From Candidatus Falkowbacteria bacterium (GTDB taxonomy: Bacteria; Patescibacteriota; Patescibacteriia; Patescibacteriales; UBA12465), in contig JBAXLJ010000002.1 in the NCBI GenBank assembly GCA_037134915.1, forward strand, positions 935-64,934: a stretch of 64,000 nucleotides of DNA, read 5' to 3'. The notes below the pieces were generated by a model that saw nothing but the letters and a program-made list of their open reading frames with translations, was not told where the DNA came from and made no database searches. Shown one piece after another: positions 33,666-43,040 of this stretch. Position numbers and translations under genes: made by a program. Positions within the stretch are counted from its first letter, which is position 1, and each line of letters opens with the position of its first letter.

Positions 33666-34130
33666 ATGACAAATGTGATGTGCCAAGCAAAAGACAAAAT
33701 GGTAACAAGCTACTTTGTTGCCAAGTTAGTAAAAAGGATTTTCTGGTTTCTGCTACCCGTATGTTTAATTCTAGGGATTACAATTATTACGACCACCTCG
33801 GGACTTAGTGTGGTAAATTTATTTATCACTGGACTAGCGACTATTGGTTTAAGTCAGTTTTTGTCAGAGCTTATTTCGAGGCTGGTTATAATTAATAGAA
33901 TTAGTTCAGCTGACGGTCAGGATGTTGCGTCTATTTATTTCAAGATAAAGAGAGAGTTGGAGGAAATGGAGAAAGAAAAAAATGATCTTGAAACAGAATG
34001 CCCCGAAAAGACTCTTTTTTTCCCAGCTTATATAGATAATCTATCAAGGACTGACCCCAGAAAGAGGCTCGCTAAGATAAAAACAAAGATCCTGCTTGCT
34101 AGAACAGAGCTAAATTTATTTAGCTACTAG
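33666..34130 (+). CDS. Membrane protein with a C-terminal coiled-coil-like segment, hypothetical
   Basis: Two hydrophobic helices (FWFLLPVCLILGITIITT, VVNLFITGLATIGLSQFL) followed by the charged KRELEEMEKEKNDLE segment. Confidence 0.45.
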   Translation: MTNVMCQAKDKMVTSYFVAKLVKRIFWFLLPVCLILGITIITTTSGLSVVNLFITGLATIGLSQFLSELISRLVIINRISSADGQDVASIYFKIKRELEEMEKEKNDLETECPEKTLFFPAYIDNLSRTDPRKRLAKIKTKILLARTELNLFSY

Positions 34131-34169
34131 TGAATCGGTAAAAAGTAGTTTGAAAAACTCTTAACTAAG

Positions 34170-34198
34170 AAGGTGTCCATTTAATGAGCACCTTTTTT
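34170..34198 (+). terminator. Terminator at the right end of the island
   Basis: aaggtg / cacctt stem plus TTTTTT. Confidence 0.65.
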
Positions 34199-34277
34199 AT
34201 TTTGACTTTAATTGCTAATTATGATTAAATTAATGAAATTAAAGGTATCTTCAATAATTTAAATAAAGCCTATATAT

Positions 34278-36755
34278 ATGGAATTTAAACCAGAAGAATT
34301 CGAGAAAAAGTGGCAAGAAAAATGGGAGAGCTTGCACCTTTATCGCGCCGATGATAATTCTACCGCGCCTAGGTGTTTTGTCGTGGATATGTTTCCGTAT
34401 CCGTCTGGCAGCTCCATGCACGTCGGTCATCCCCGGGGTTATGTGGCCACCGATGTTTACAGTCGTTTTAAGAGGATGAGCGGATTTAATGTTCTACATC
34501 CGATGGGTTGGGATGCTTTTGGCTTACCAGCTGAAGAAACGGCTATCTTAAACAAGGAATATCCTACGGTGACCGTTAATCGCAACATCGATAAATTTAA
34601 ATTGCAGCTGACTATGTTGGGCTTGGGCTATGATTGGTCTCGAGAGATAAATACCACTGATCCAAAATACTATATTCAAACACAGAGAATCTTTTTAGAA
34701 TTTTTCAAAAGAGGCTTGGCGCAGAATAAGACGGTGGCGGTTAACTGGTGTCCTGAATTAGGTACGGTTTTGGCTAACGAAGACATCGTTGATGGTAAAA
34801 GTGAACGCGGTGGTTATCCGGTTTATCAACAACCCATGCGCCAATGGATTTTGGCTATTACTCAGTATGCCGATCGCTTAGTCGATGACTTGGAACTGCT
34901 ACCTCATTGGCCGGAAAAAATAAAAACCGCTCAACGTAATTGGATTGGCCGCAGTGAGGGGCATGAATTTGAATTTGTGACTACTGCCGGTATTAATGTT
35001 CCAGTCTTTACTACTCGACTGGAGACTCTTCCTGGCGCGACTTTTTTAGTCTTGGCTCCAGACAGTGAAATTACTAAAAAGATTATTCCCTCAGCCGCTA
35101 ACTTAGCTGAAATTAAAAATTACATTGAAATCAGTGGTCAAAAAACCGACTTAGATAAACAGTTGTCCAATGAAAAAACGGGAGTAATTATTGAAGGTGT
35201 TACCGCCACTAATTCATTTAGTAACACCCAAATACCAATTGTGATTGCTGATTATGTCCTGTCTTCTTATGGAACGGGGGCTATTATGGCAGTTCCGGCT
35301 CACGATGAGCGTGATGCTGAAATGGCTCAAGTTTTAAAGTTGCCAGTAGTGACTGTGGTTGAGGCTGATAAAATGATTAACGCTGGTTCTCTTAGTGGTG
35401 AGACTATTTTAGAAGCTCGTCAAAAAGTTTCAAAGATGATAAATGCCACATCTCAAAAAAGATTTAAAATTCGTGATTGGGTTTTTTCTAGGCAGAGATT
35501 TTGGGGGGAACCATTTCCTATTGTTTGGGTTGAAGGCCAAGATAACTATGAATTAATTGCCAAGAGTCCGGTTGGAAAATGGTTACCGAAAGAACCGGTG
35601 TCTTATTCTAATGAAGCAGTCGAATATTTTGCCGTTCCGGTATTACCAGAATTTTTAAGTGCCATGCGTTTACCTCAAGTGGAGTCATATCAAGCCACGG
35701 GCACTTTGGAAGGACCCCTAGCTGGTATTAGCGAGTGGGTTAATACTTTTATAAATACTGAGACTGGTGAAGTATCAAATGAATCGCGTGGTGAAAATTG
35801 GATCCCGGCGCTTAGAGAAACTAACACGATGCCACAATGGGCCGGGTCTTCCTGGTATTGGTTGCGTTATATGGACCCCACAAATGAGACGGCTCCTTTT
35901 TCAAAAGAGTCATCTAAGTATTGGGGCCCCGTAAATGTTTACGCCGGCGCTGACCACGCAGTCGCTCATCTTATTTACGCTCGTTTTTGGCACAAGATGA
36001 TGCAAGACGCTGGTATGGTTGATTTTCCAGAACCTTTTGAGAGATTAGAGTTTTTAGGTTACATTTTAGCTGCCGATGGCACTAAGATTTCTAAGAGAAA
36101 AGGTAACAGCCGCAGTCCCGAAGATATTGTTAAAGAGGTTGGGGCTGACGCTTTCCGTTTATACGAAACATTTATTGGTCCCTTTGAAAAACCAATTCCT
36201 TGGAGTGATAATGGACTTATCGGTTGCAGGCGTTTTCTGGAGAAGATTTGGCGTTTGGCGGAAACAGTTATCGAAGCTAAGGCTGAAGTCTCTGACCCCG
36301 CGGCGGCCTCGTCGATTAATAAGACGATCCAAAAAGTGGGACAGGACATTGAGACTTTTAAATTCAACACCGCCGTTTCTAGCATGATGATTTGCTTAAA
36401 TGAAATTCAGAAGAGTGTTGTTAGTATCGCTGATTTTAAATCCTATCTGGCTTTACTGGCACCTTTTGCTCCGCATATGGCTGAAGAAATTTGGTCGATG
36501 TCAAAAGCCGAAGGTTCTATTCATCTTTCTTCTTGGCCTAAAGTTGACGCTAAAATGATTAATGATAACGAGGTGACTGTAGCCATTCAAATTAATGGTA
36601 AACATCGCTCAAATATTATGGCCTCTAGAGATGCCGACGAAGCAACCATTAGGGGACTAGTTCTAAATGATGACGCGGTTAAGAAGTATTTAGCCGGAAG
36701 CGAACTCAAAAAGTTTATTTATGTTCCCGGAAAAATTGTTAGTCTCATAATTTAA
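34278..36755 (+). CDS. leuS: Leucine--tRNA ligase
   Basis: PYPSGSSMHVGHPRGY (HIGH motif), KISKRKGN (KMSKS motif), and a typical LeuRS N terminus EKKWQEKWE. 825 aa. Confidence 0.95.
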   Translation: MEFKPEEFEKKWQEKWESLHLYRADDNSTAPRCFVVDMFPYPSGSSMHVGHPRGYVATDVYSRFKRMSGFNVLHPMGWDAFGLPAEETAILNKEYPTVTVNRNIDKFKLQLTMLGLGYDWSREINTTDPKYYIQTQRIFLEFFKRGLAQNKTVAVNWCPELGTVLANEDIVDGKSERGGYPVYQQPMRQWILAITQYADRLVDDLELLPHWPEKIKTAQRNWIGRSEGHEFEFVTTAGINVPVFTTRLETLPGATFLVLAPDSEITKKIIPSAANLAEIKNYIEISGQKTDLDKQLSNEKTGVIIEGVTATNSFSNTQIPIVIADYVLSSYGTGAIMAVPAHDERDAEMAQVLKLPVVTVVEADKMINAGSLSGETILEARQKVSKMINATSQKRFKIRDWVFSRQRFWGEPFPIVWVEGQDNYELIAKSPVGKWLPKEPVSYSNEAVEYFAVPVLPEFLSAMRLPQVESYQATGTLEGPLAGISEWVNTFINTETGEVSNESRGENWIPALRETNTMPQWAGSSWYWLRYMDPTNETAPFSKESSKYWGPVNVYAGADHAVAHLIYARFWHKMMQDAGMVDFPEPFERLEFLGYILAADGTKISKRKGNSRSPEDIVKEVGADAFRLYETFIGPFEKPIPWSDNGLIGCRRFLEKIWRLAETVIEAKAEVSDPAAASSINKTIQKVGQDIETFKFNTAVSSMMICLNEIQKSVVSIADFKSYLALLAPFAPHMAEEIWSMSKAEGSIHLSSWPKVDAKMINDNEVTVAIQINGKHRSNIMASRDADEATIRGLVLNDDAVKKYLAGSELKKFIYVPGKIVSLII

Positions 36756-36763
36756 AAAATACC

Positions 36764-36792
36764 CCACCGATGTCAAAGTCGGTGGTTTTTTT
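36764..36792 (+). terminator. leuS terminator
   Basis: ccaccga / tcggtgg stem plus TTTTTTT. Confidence 0.8.
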
Positions 36793-36822
36793 AAAATCAG
36801 GTCATTATGATATAATAAAACT

Positions 36823-37494
36823 ATGAATTTTACTGACAACCAAGATTTATATTTAGGGCTATCAACCAAGAAAGACGGGCCAATGAAAAATTCCTTAGAG
36901 AATCGTCTTTTATTTTTCAAAAATAATAATTTAGACACTAAAATTATAGTCTCAGCTGGCTTAGTTCATCAAAACAAAGTGATTTCAGTTGATGATGTGT
37001 TCGGAAGCCAAATTATTCCCGGTTGTGATGCTTTAATTACTAACAACCCGCGACACTTATTAACTGTCACGGTTTCTGATTGTGTCCCAATTTATTTTTA
37101 TGATTCAAATAAAAAAGTAGTAGCTCTGGCACATGCCGGTTGGCGAGGCGTGATTTCTGAAATTGCCAAAGAAGTCGTTAATAAATTTATTACCAATTAT
37201 CAATCTAAACCCGGCGATATTGAAGTTTTTGTCGGCCCTCACATTAAAGAGTGTCATTTTGAGGTTAAAGCCGACGTCGCCAGTCAATTTAAAGTTTCTG
37301 ATTTGGTGTTAAGAGACGAAAAAATATACATTAATCTGGCACAGGTGATTAAAAATCAATTATTTGATTTAGGAGTGGTAAATGTTAAAGTTAGCCCAGA
37401 TTGCACTTATTGCTGCTTAGACAAATATTTCTCTTATCGTCGGGATAAGTCTTTGGAGCTTAAAACGATGATGGCTTATCTAGGCTTAAAGTAG
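36823..37494 (+). CDS. pgeF: YfiH/PgeF-family (polyphenol oxidase-like, peptidoglycan editing factor) protein
   Basis: DCVPI, HAGWRG and the C-terminal CTYC...FSYRRD motifs. Confidence 0.8.
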   Translation: MNFTDNQDLYLGLSTKKDGPMKNSLENRLLFFKNNNLDTKIIVSAGLVHQNKVISVDDVFGSQIIPGCDALITNNPRHLLTVTVSDCVPIYFYDSNKKVVALAHAGWRGVISEIAKEVVNKFITNYQSKPGDIEVFVGPHIKECHFEVKADVASQFKVSDLVLRDEKIYINLAQVIKNQLFDLGVVNVKVSPDCTYCCLDKYFSYRRDKSLELKTMMAYLGLK

Positions 37495-37756
37495 TCACTA
37501 ATTAAAATATTATTTTTTTTGTCATATCTAGGCCTTAAATAATTGCATCATCAACTAAAAAGTTTTATAATAGAGATAGATTAAAAATAGAGTTGTAGAC
37601 AATAAAAAATAGTGAAAATGAGAGAAAATCTTGTTTAGTTAAAAAAATAGACTAACTAGTTAAAATAAAAGGTAATTAGCGGCGATGAACCCCTACCACT
37701 TGCCGTTATCCGTTTATTGTTTTAGTAATAGGTCTATTATAAGGAAAAATTATTAG

Positions 37757-37795
37757 CATCATAAAAGTGGTCGGTGACTTTTGTGATGTTTTTTT
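37757..37795 (+). terminator. Orphan rho-independent terminator (no ORF of 60 aa or more upstream)
   Basis: catcataaaagt / acttttgtgatg 12-bp stem (one G-U pair) with an 8-nt loop and TTTTTTT. Confidence 0.75.
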
Positions 37796-37924
37796 GTTGT
37801 TATTCTAGTTTTTATTTGCAATTAATTTACATATAAAATAATAAAATAAAATTTGGGTGGTAAGAGCTCGCTTAGTCGGAGTTTGAGCCAAGATTCTTAA
37901 ATCTTTCACCCCTAATTAAAAAGT

Positions 37925-40900
37925 ATGAAAAAAATTTTAAAAACTAGGATGCTTAAACGGACTCTACTGAGTTTATCATTAGCAATAATGATGATTGGTG
38001 GAGTTTTTGTTTACAACGCTTCAGCTGGCACAGCCGTAACTATTGATCCGGCAACCGGTGCTGGCAGCGTTTCCATTGACACTACTTCGTATACCGGTGG
38101 GGCTTCGACTTGGACGTCGCTTACTCTGCCTAAGATTACGGAAAATGGTGTCGGTGAAATTTCTACCGGAACTCATTACTTAAATTTGCCATCGGGTTGG
38201 GTATTTGATACTGAAACGCCTCTAACTGTGTCAGTTCTTGGTGGCACTGGTATGATTTTTGGTGAGGTTTATTACAATAGTCCTACCCAAATAGTTTTTA
38301 CAATTCTTGGCCCTTCACTAACTTCATCAGGCAAACTAACATTTTCTGATATTAAAGTTAAACCAACCGGCAACCGAGTTTCTTCCGGCAATATAACTCA
38401 TGCTGGGGCGGCGATTACGGGTGTCGATGGGGGAACTAATTTTGGTACTTTAACGACCGTTGCGGGCGCAGTAACTAAGTTAGCTTTTACCACTGAACCG
38501 GTTGATACTGTTTACGGATCAACAATTACTAGCGTAGTTAAAACTCAGGATCAGTTTGGTAATAATTCCGTTAATGGTCTAGTGGGTTCAGAAACGGTCA
38601 CGATTGCTAAAGGAACAGGAACGGGTACTTTATCGGGAACAGTTACCGGTAATATCGGTACTAGTGGTCAGAATGGTACACTTACTTTTAATAATTTAAA
38701 GTTTGATAACGTTGGCATTTTTACTCTCGAGGCTCAAGGTAGTGCTTATACTCTGGCAACTAGCAGTTCTTTTGAAGTTACACCAAAAACTATTACCGCC
38801 AGCATGTCTGTTAATAATAAAAATTATGACGGAAACGACTCGGCCACAATAGATGGCTTAGATCCAGTGGGCGTAGAAAGCGGTGACACGGTAACTCTTT
38901 CGGGAGGAACCGCTACTTTTTCAGATAAAAACGTTGATACTGGTAAAACGGTTAGCGCTACCGGAATTGAAATGGGTGGGGCTCAGTCCGCTAAGTATTC
39001 TTATGATGGCACCGCCACCGCCACCGCTAATATTTCGGCAATTGAAATAACTTTAGGTGGATCATTTACGGCTAATAATAAAACTTATGATCGTGGCACA
39101 GCCGCTACTGTCGCTAGTGATAGTTTAACTTTTACTGGTTTAATTAGCGGTGATGATCTTACTTTTTCTCCCGCACCTACTTTTGCTTCAGCCACTGTGG
39201 GCGATGAAAAGACTGTTAGTATTACTGATGGTTCTTGGGGTGGCGCTGATAAAGATAATTATACTTTTTCTTTGGTGGGCGCGCCGACAGCCACGGCTAA
39301 TATCACCGCCAAGCAATTATATATTACCGGTAGTTTTACTCCAGCTTCTAAAACTTATGATAAAACCACTTCCGCTTCTTTAGATAGTAATAATATTGGT
39401 TTAAGCGGAATTATTTCTGGCGATGCTGTTAGTTTTGATTGGGGGGCTTTTAACTTCGATAATGTAAATAAGGGGACAGGGAAGACAGTTACCGGTTCTA
39501 TAGTTTTAACCGGCGCCGATAAAGATAACTATTCATTACCAAATAGTGGCACGATTACTTCTTCCGCTGGCGTTATTACCGCTCGAACTATTACTCTTGG
39601 CGGCACCTTAGTTGTTTATGATCGAGCTTACAATGGTAATAGGAATGCCACGATTGATTATAGCTCTAGTTTACCAATTGAAGGCGCCATCGAAGGCGAT
39701 GGCCTTGGCTTAACACCTTATGCTCAATTCTCCGATAAGAATGTGGGCGACGAAAAAGAAGTAACAATTACTTCCACTTCAGCTATTTCAGGAGCGGCGG
39801 CCGCTAACTATGTTGTATCTTTAGTGGGCGCGCCAACGGCATTTGCGAAAATTACTCCAGTAGCGATTACCGTTACGGCGCAACACGATAGCAAAACTTA
39901 TGATGGCGATGCCACCTCGGATGTCTCGCCAATAATTACTTTAGGAGCCTTAATTGCTGGTGATAATGGTATCTACTTAGAGTCCTATAACAATAAGAAT
40001 GTTGGTACTGGCAAAACTTTAACCCCAAGTGTGACTTCTATTAAAGATAGTTCTGACGCTGACATGACCGGAAACTATACGGTTACCCTAGTTGATGACA
40101 CCACCGGTGTTATTAGCGCTAAAGAATTAACCGTTACTGGGGCTGCTGTTACTAGTAAGGTTTATGATAATAACCGAAATGCGGTTATTACCGGTGCTAC
40201 TTTATCAGGAGTAATCGGCGAAGATGATGTTACTTTAAGTAACAATACCGCCGGTGCTTTTAACAATGAACATGCTGGCAATAATAAATCAGTTACCACT
40301 TTACCAATGACAATTATTGGTGACGATATTTCCAATTACTCTCTAACTCAGCCAACTTTAACCGGAAACATTACAGCTAGACCAATTAATGTAAGTGCCC
40401 AAACTGATTCTAAGATATATAATAATAATAATTTATCATCAGTTTTACCAATTGGTGACGCTCTTTTAGAGTCTGATACTTACACTAGTGTTGGCACTCA
40501 AACTTTTTCTGATAAATATGTTGGTTTAGACAAGACGATTACGGCTGCTAACGCGGTGATTAATGATGGTAATGACGGTCAGGATTATGATATCACCTAT
40601 GTCGATGCTTCTGGCTCTATTATTTCTGGTCCTTTGCATCACTTCAATGTTACAACCTCAACTTTAACACCAAATACCGGCACCCCGATTGACTTAACTA
40701 TTACGGCTGTTGACCGATACGATAATACAATTAGCGCGGCGAGTGGTGTAACTCCTTACACTGGTAAAGCATATATCAGTACCAACGCCTCTCAATCTTA
40801 TAATTTACCTTTGCCCTACGCTTATGTTTCTGGAGACGAGGGAACTAAGACCTTCGTCAGTGGCGCTTTGTTTAAGGTCGCTCAGAATGACGTTTCAATT

Positions 40901-41659
40901 TCGGTGCGTGATGGCGATAACGCCACTATTGTCGGTGAATTATCTGGATTGAATGTTTCTAACACCGCCGATGTTGTCGCACCGGTCATTTCCGCTATCT
41001 CAGTTACCCCCACTCAAAGCACGGCTTCAGTGGACTTTACTTCTGGTGAAGCTGGAACAGCTAAAGTCGGTTATGGTTTAACGGCGACCCACGGTAATAT
41101 GACGAGTTATTTATCCATGGCCTCTGGCGATAATTCTATTGTCTTAAGCGGCTTAACTTGTGGCACCACTTATCATTATGCAGTTTACGGAAAAGATGCC
41201 TCAGGTAATGAGTCTATTTCTAGTGATGCTACTTTTAGAACAGATGCTTGCACTGAGCCAACTGAAGTCTCTGTGACTAGGACCAGCTTAGTTAAGCGAG
41301 TGGCCACTAAGAATGGTCAATTTGCCGATGGTTGGAAATGGATTTTAGACGTTACTTTACCAACCAATTCGACCACTTTGAGTATGAGCTTTAATAATTT
41401 AACCGGGGCAGGGACAATCCAGGCAGCTAACAATATTCGTTTTTATTCAAACGAAGCTTCAACCTCAACCCCAACTGTTATTACCGCTGCTGGTGCTGGA
41501 ACTGCTTGGTCAAATTCGATTAGTTTAAATAAAGATTTAGATACAGTTAACCCGGGTCGTCAAATTCAAATCACAGTTGAAGCCGCTGTTCCTAGCGGGA
41601 GTATCGACGGTGCTTACTCGGCAGCTTATGACATTCGCGCTATTAGAGACGTCCGCTAA
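37925..41659 (+). CDS. Large secreted adhesin-like protein with at least 7 YDG/MBG-type repeats and a C-terminal FN3-like module
   Basis: Signal peptide present. Recurrent ..ITA....NNK.YDG...AT......G....D.V.L.....F.DKNVG..K.V........G.D..NY.. units. The C terminus contains ..VGYGLT..HGN......G.NSIVLSGLTCGTTYHYAVYG. Confidence 0.8.
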   Translation: MKKILKTRMLKRTLLSLSLAIMMIGGVFVYNASAGTAVTIDPATGAGSVSIDTTSYTGGASTWTSLTLPKITENGVGEISTGTHYLNLPSGWVFDTETPLTVSVLGGTGMIFGEVYYNSPTQIVFTILGPSLTSSGKLTFSDIKVKPTGNRVSSGNITHAGAAITGVDGGTNFGTLTTVAGAVTKLAFTTEPVDTVYGSTITSVVKTQDQFGNNSVNGLVGSETVTIAKGTGTGTLSGTVTGNIGTSGQNGTLTFNNLKFDNVGIFTLEAQGSAYTLATSSSFEVTPKTITASMSVNNKNYDGNDSATIDGLDPVGVESGDTVTLSGGTATFSDKNVDTGKTVSATGIEMGGAQSAKYSYDGTATATANISAIEITLGGSFTANNKTYDRGTAATVASDSLTFTGLISGDDLTFSPAPTFASATVGDEKTVSITDGSWGGADKDNYTFSLVGAPTATANITAKQLYITGSFTPASKTYDKTTSASLDSNNIGLSGIISGDAVSFDWGAFNFDNVNKGTGKTVTGSIVLTGADKDNYSLPNSGTITSSAGVITARTITLGGTLVVYDRAYNGNRNATIDYSSSLPIEGAIEGDGLGLTPYAQFSDKNVGDEKEVTITSTSAISGAAAANYVVSLVGAPTAFAKITPVAITVTAQHDSKTYDGDATSDVSPIITLGALIAGDNGIYLESYNNKNVGTGKTLTPSVTSIKDSSDADMTGNYTVTLVDDTTGVISAKELTVTGAAVTSKVYDNNRNAVITGATLSGVIGEDDVTLSNNTAGAFNNEHAGNNKSVTTLPMTIIGDDISNYSLTQPTLTGNITARPINVSAQTDSKIYNNNNLSSVLPIGDALLESDTYTSVGTQTFSDKYVGLDKTITAANAVINDGNDGQDYDITYVDASGSIISGPLHHFNVTTSTLTPNTGTPIDLTITAVDRYDNTISAASGVTPYTGKAYISTNASQSYNLPLPYAYVSGDEGTKTFVSGALFKVAQNDVSISVRDGDNATIVGELSGLNVSNTADVVAPVISAISVTPTQSTASVDFTSGEAGTAKVGYGLTATHGNMTSYLSMASGDNSIVLSGLTCGTTYHYAVYGKDASGNESISSDATFRTDACTEPTEVSVTRTSLVKRVATKNGQFADGWKWILDVTLPTNSTTLSMSFNNLTGAGTIQAANNIRFYSNEASTSTPTVITAAGAGTAWSNSISLNKDLDTVNPGRQIQITVEAAVPSGSIDGAYSAAYDIRAIRDVR

Positions 41660-41688
41660 ATCTAATTTATTAATTAATCTATACGCCT

Positions 41689-42888
41689 ATGAAAATATCC
41701 AGAATTCTATCAGTTAGCGTGCTAGGCTTATTTTTAGCCGTTTCCGGCGCCTCGGCTTGGACAATTGATAACGGAATTAATAATAATAGCAATAGCGGAA
41801 CTACCGCTTATGAGCCAGCGGCTAGCCCGGCAGCTGGAACTTACACTTCTAGTCAAAGCGTGTCTTTATCGGCTAGTGGCGCCAGTAGTATTCGCTACAC
41901 GACTGACGGTTCAACTCCAAGTTGTACTAGTGGCATCGTTTACTCTTCAGATATTTATATCACTTCATCGCAAACTATTAGAGCTATTTCCTGCTATTTA
42001 GATAATGGCAGTACCTCAGCCTCTAATGTCATTAGTCATACTTATACAATTAACATCTCTTCCGGTGGTGGCGGTGGTGGCGGCTCAGTTACTTATTGTA
42101 ACGCGGTTACCTTCGACAATTGGCAAAGTGCTTGTGCTGGCGGTTTTCAGTTTCGTAATGTTTTAACTCAGACGCCTAATAATTGTACTTTAACCACTGA
42201 CCAACAATTAGCCAGACAACGAACTTGCACTGTTACCACGGCTCCGGTGACCAGTCCCGAGATTTCAGGCGCAACCTCGACCACAGTTTCATCTGGCAAT
42301 CTGCTAAATAATATTTTAGATGAAGCACAAATTTTAGATACCAAAAAAATTGAGGTTTTACTAAATCATTTAGGTGGCGTGGCTAATCCAGCTATTGAGC
42401 AGGGGGGTCTAAGCAAATATAAAGTTATTTTAGGTTTAGATAAGGCTCTTAACAATGAAGAAAAATTAACCGTAAATAATTTTATTGTTTATGGTACTTT
42501 AAGTACCAAGCGTTTAGGGGCCGGAGAAAGAGCTGGCGTGATTAATTCTTATTATCAAGCCTATAATAAAATGCCAAATACTGAAGCGGAATGGTCTGAT
42601 GTGTTAAAGATTGCCAGCGGTCGTTGGCCTAGTGAACGAAGTGCGGCCGCTGAAGCCCAGGCTAAGGTGGAATTTAAGCGCGTTTACGCTCGTAGTGCGG
42701 TGATGACCAGCAATATTGATGAAAATGCTATCATGGTCATCGCTTATGGTTTGCTACCCTTAGAACGCAATTTAATTAGCGAGAAGACAGCGATTAAAAC
42801 CTTTAAATGGGTTTATGGTCACGCACCAGTTAGCGCTCTATCTTGGAATGTAGTTCGCGCCATCGCTTATTCTGGCGCTGCTAGATAA
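41689..42888 (+). CDS. Secreted protein: chitobiase/hexosaminidase-C-like Ig domain, poly-Gly linker, 4-Cys module, conserved C-terminal domain of unknown function
   Basis: Signal peptide. PAAGTYTSSQSVSLSASGASSIRYTTDGSTPS (CHB_HEX_C-like). GGGGGGG, then the Cys module YCNAVTFDNWQSACAGGFQFRN..QTPNNC......RTC. C-terminal LGAGERAGVINSYYQ...GRWP...IAYSGAAR. Confidence 0.75.
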   Translation: MKISRILSVSVLGLFLAVSGASAWTIDNGINNNSNSGTTAYEPAASPAAGTYTSSQSVSLSASGASSIRYTTDGSTPSCTSGIVYSSDIYITSSQTIRAISCYLDNGSTSASNVISHTYTINISSGGGGGGGSVTYCNAVTFDNWQSACAGGFQFRNVLTQTPNNCTLTTDQQLARQRTCTVTTAPVTSPEISGATSTTVSSGNLLNNILDEAQILDTKKIEVLLNHLGGVANPAIEQGGLSKYKVILGLDKALNNEEKLTVNNFIVYGTLSTKRLGAGERAGVINSYYQAYNKMPNTEAEWSDVLKIASGRWPSERSAAAEAQAKVEFKRVYARSAVMTSNIDENAIMVIAYGLLPLERNLISEKTAIKTFKWVYGHAPVSALSWNVVRAIAYSGAAR

Positions 42889-42911
42889 TAATAATTCTTA
42901 CCAAATTATAA

Positions 42912-42941
42912 AAAAAGCAGACAGCAAGTGTCTGCTTTTTT
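42912..42941 (+). terminator. Terminator after the 399-aa gene
   Basis: aaaaagcagaca / tgtctgcttttt perfect stem with a 5-nt loop. Confidence 0.85.
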
Positions 42942-43040
42942 GGTGGCTACTTTTGAGTCAATCAGGTAAAACCCCGATTAGAATTCAGGGGCAAATTACA
43001 AATATTATTTAAGACTAGCTTTCTAATTATTTTTATGGGG

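Larger units (their letters stand above)
26056..34200 (+). mobile_element. tRNA-Ser-adjacent accessory island / cassette array (ten co-oriented ORFs, repeat-delimited, no recombinase in the window)
   Basis: Bounded by the tRNA-Ser 3' end and the leuS promoter region. Visibly more AT-rich than the flanks. Degenerate copies of the tRNA 3' end recur at cassette boundaries. The right boundary is approximate. Confidence 0.5.

Noticed and set aside
37855-37924. gggtggtaagagctcgcttagtcggagtttgagcc...tcaccc upstream of the adhesin gene as a tRNA or tRNA fragment.
   Set aside because: It is too short (~58 nt) and cannot be folded into a cloverleaf, with no T arm or anticodon stem. It is more likely just 5' UTR structure.
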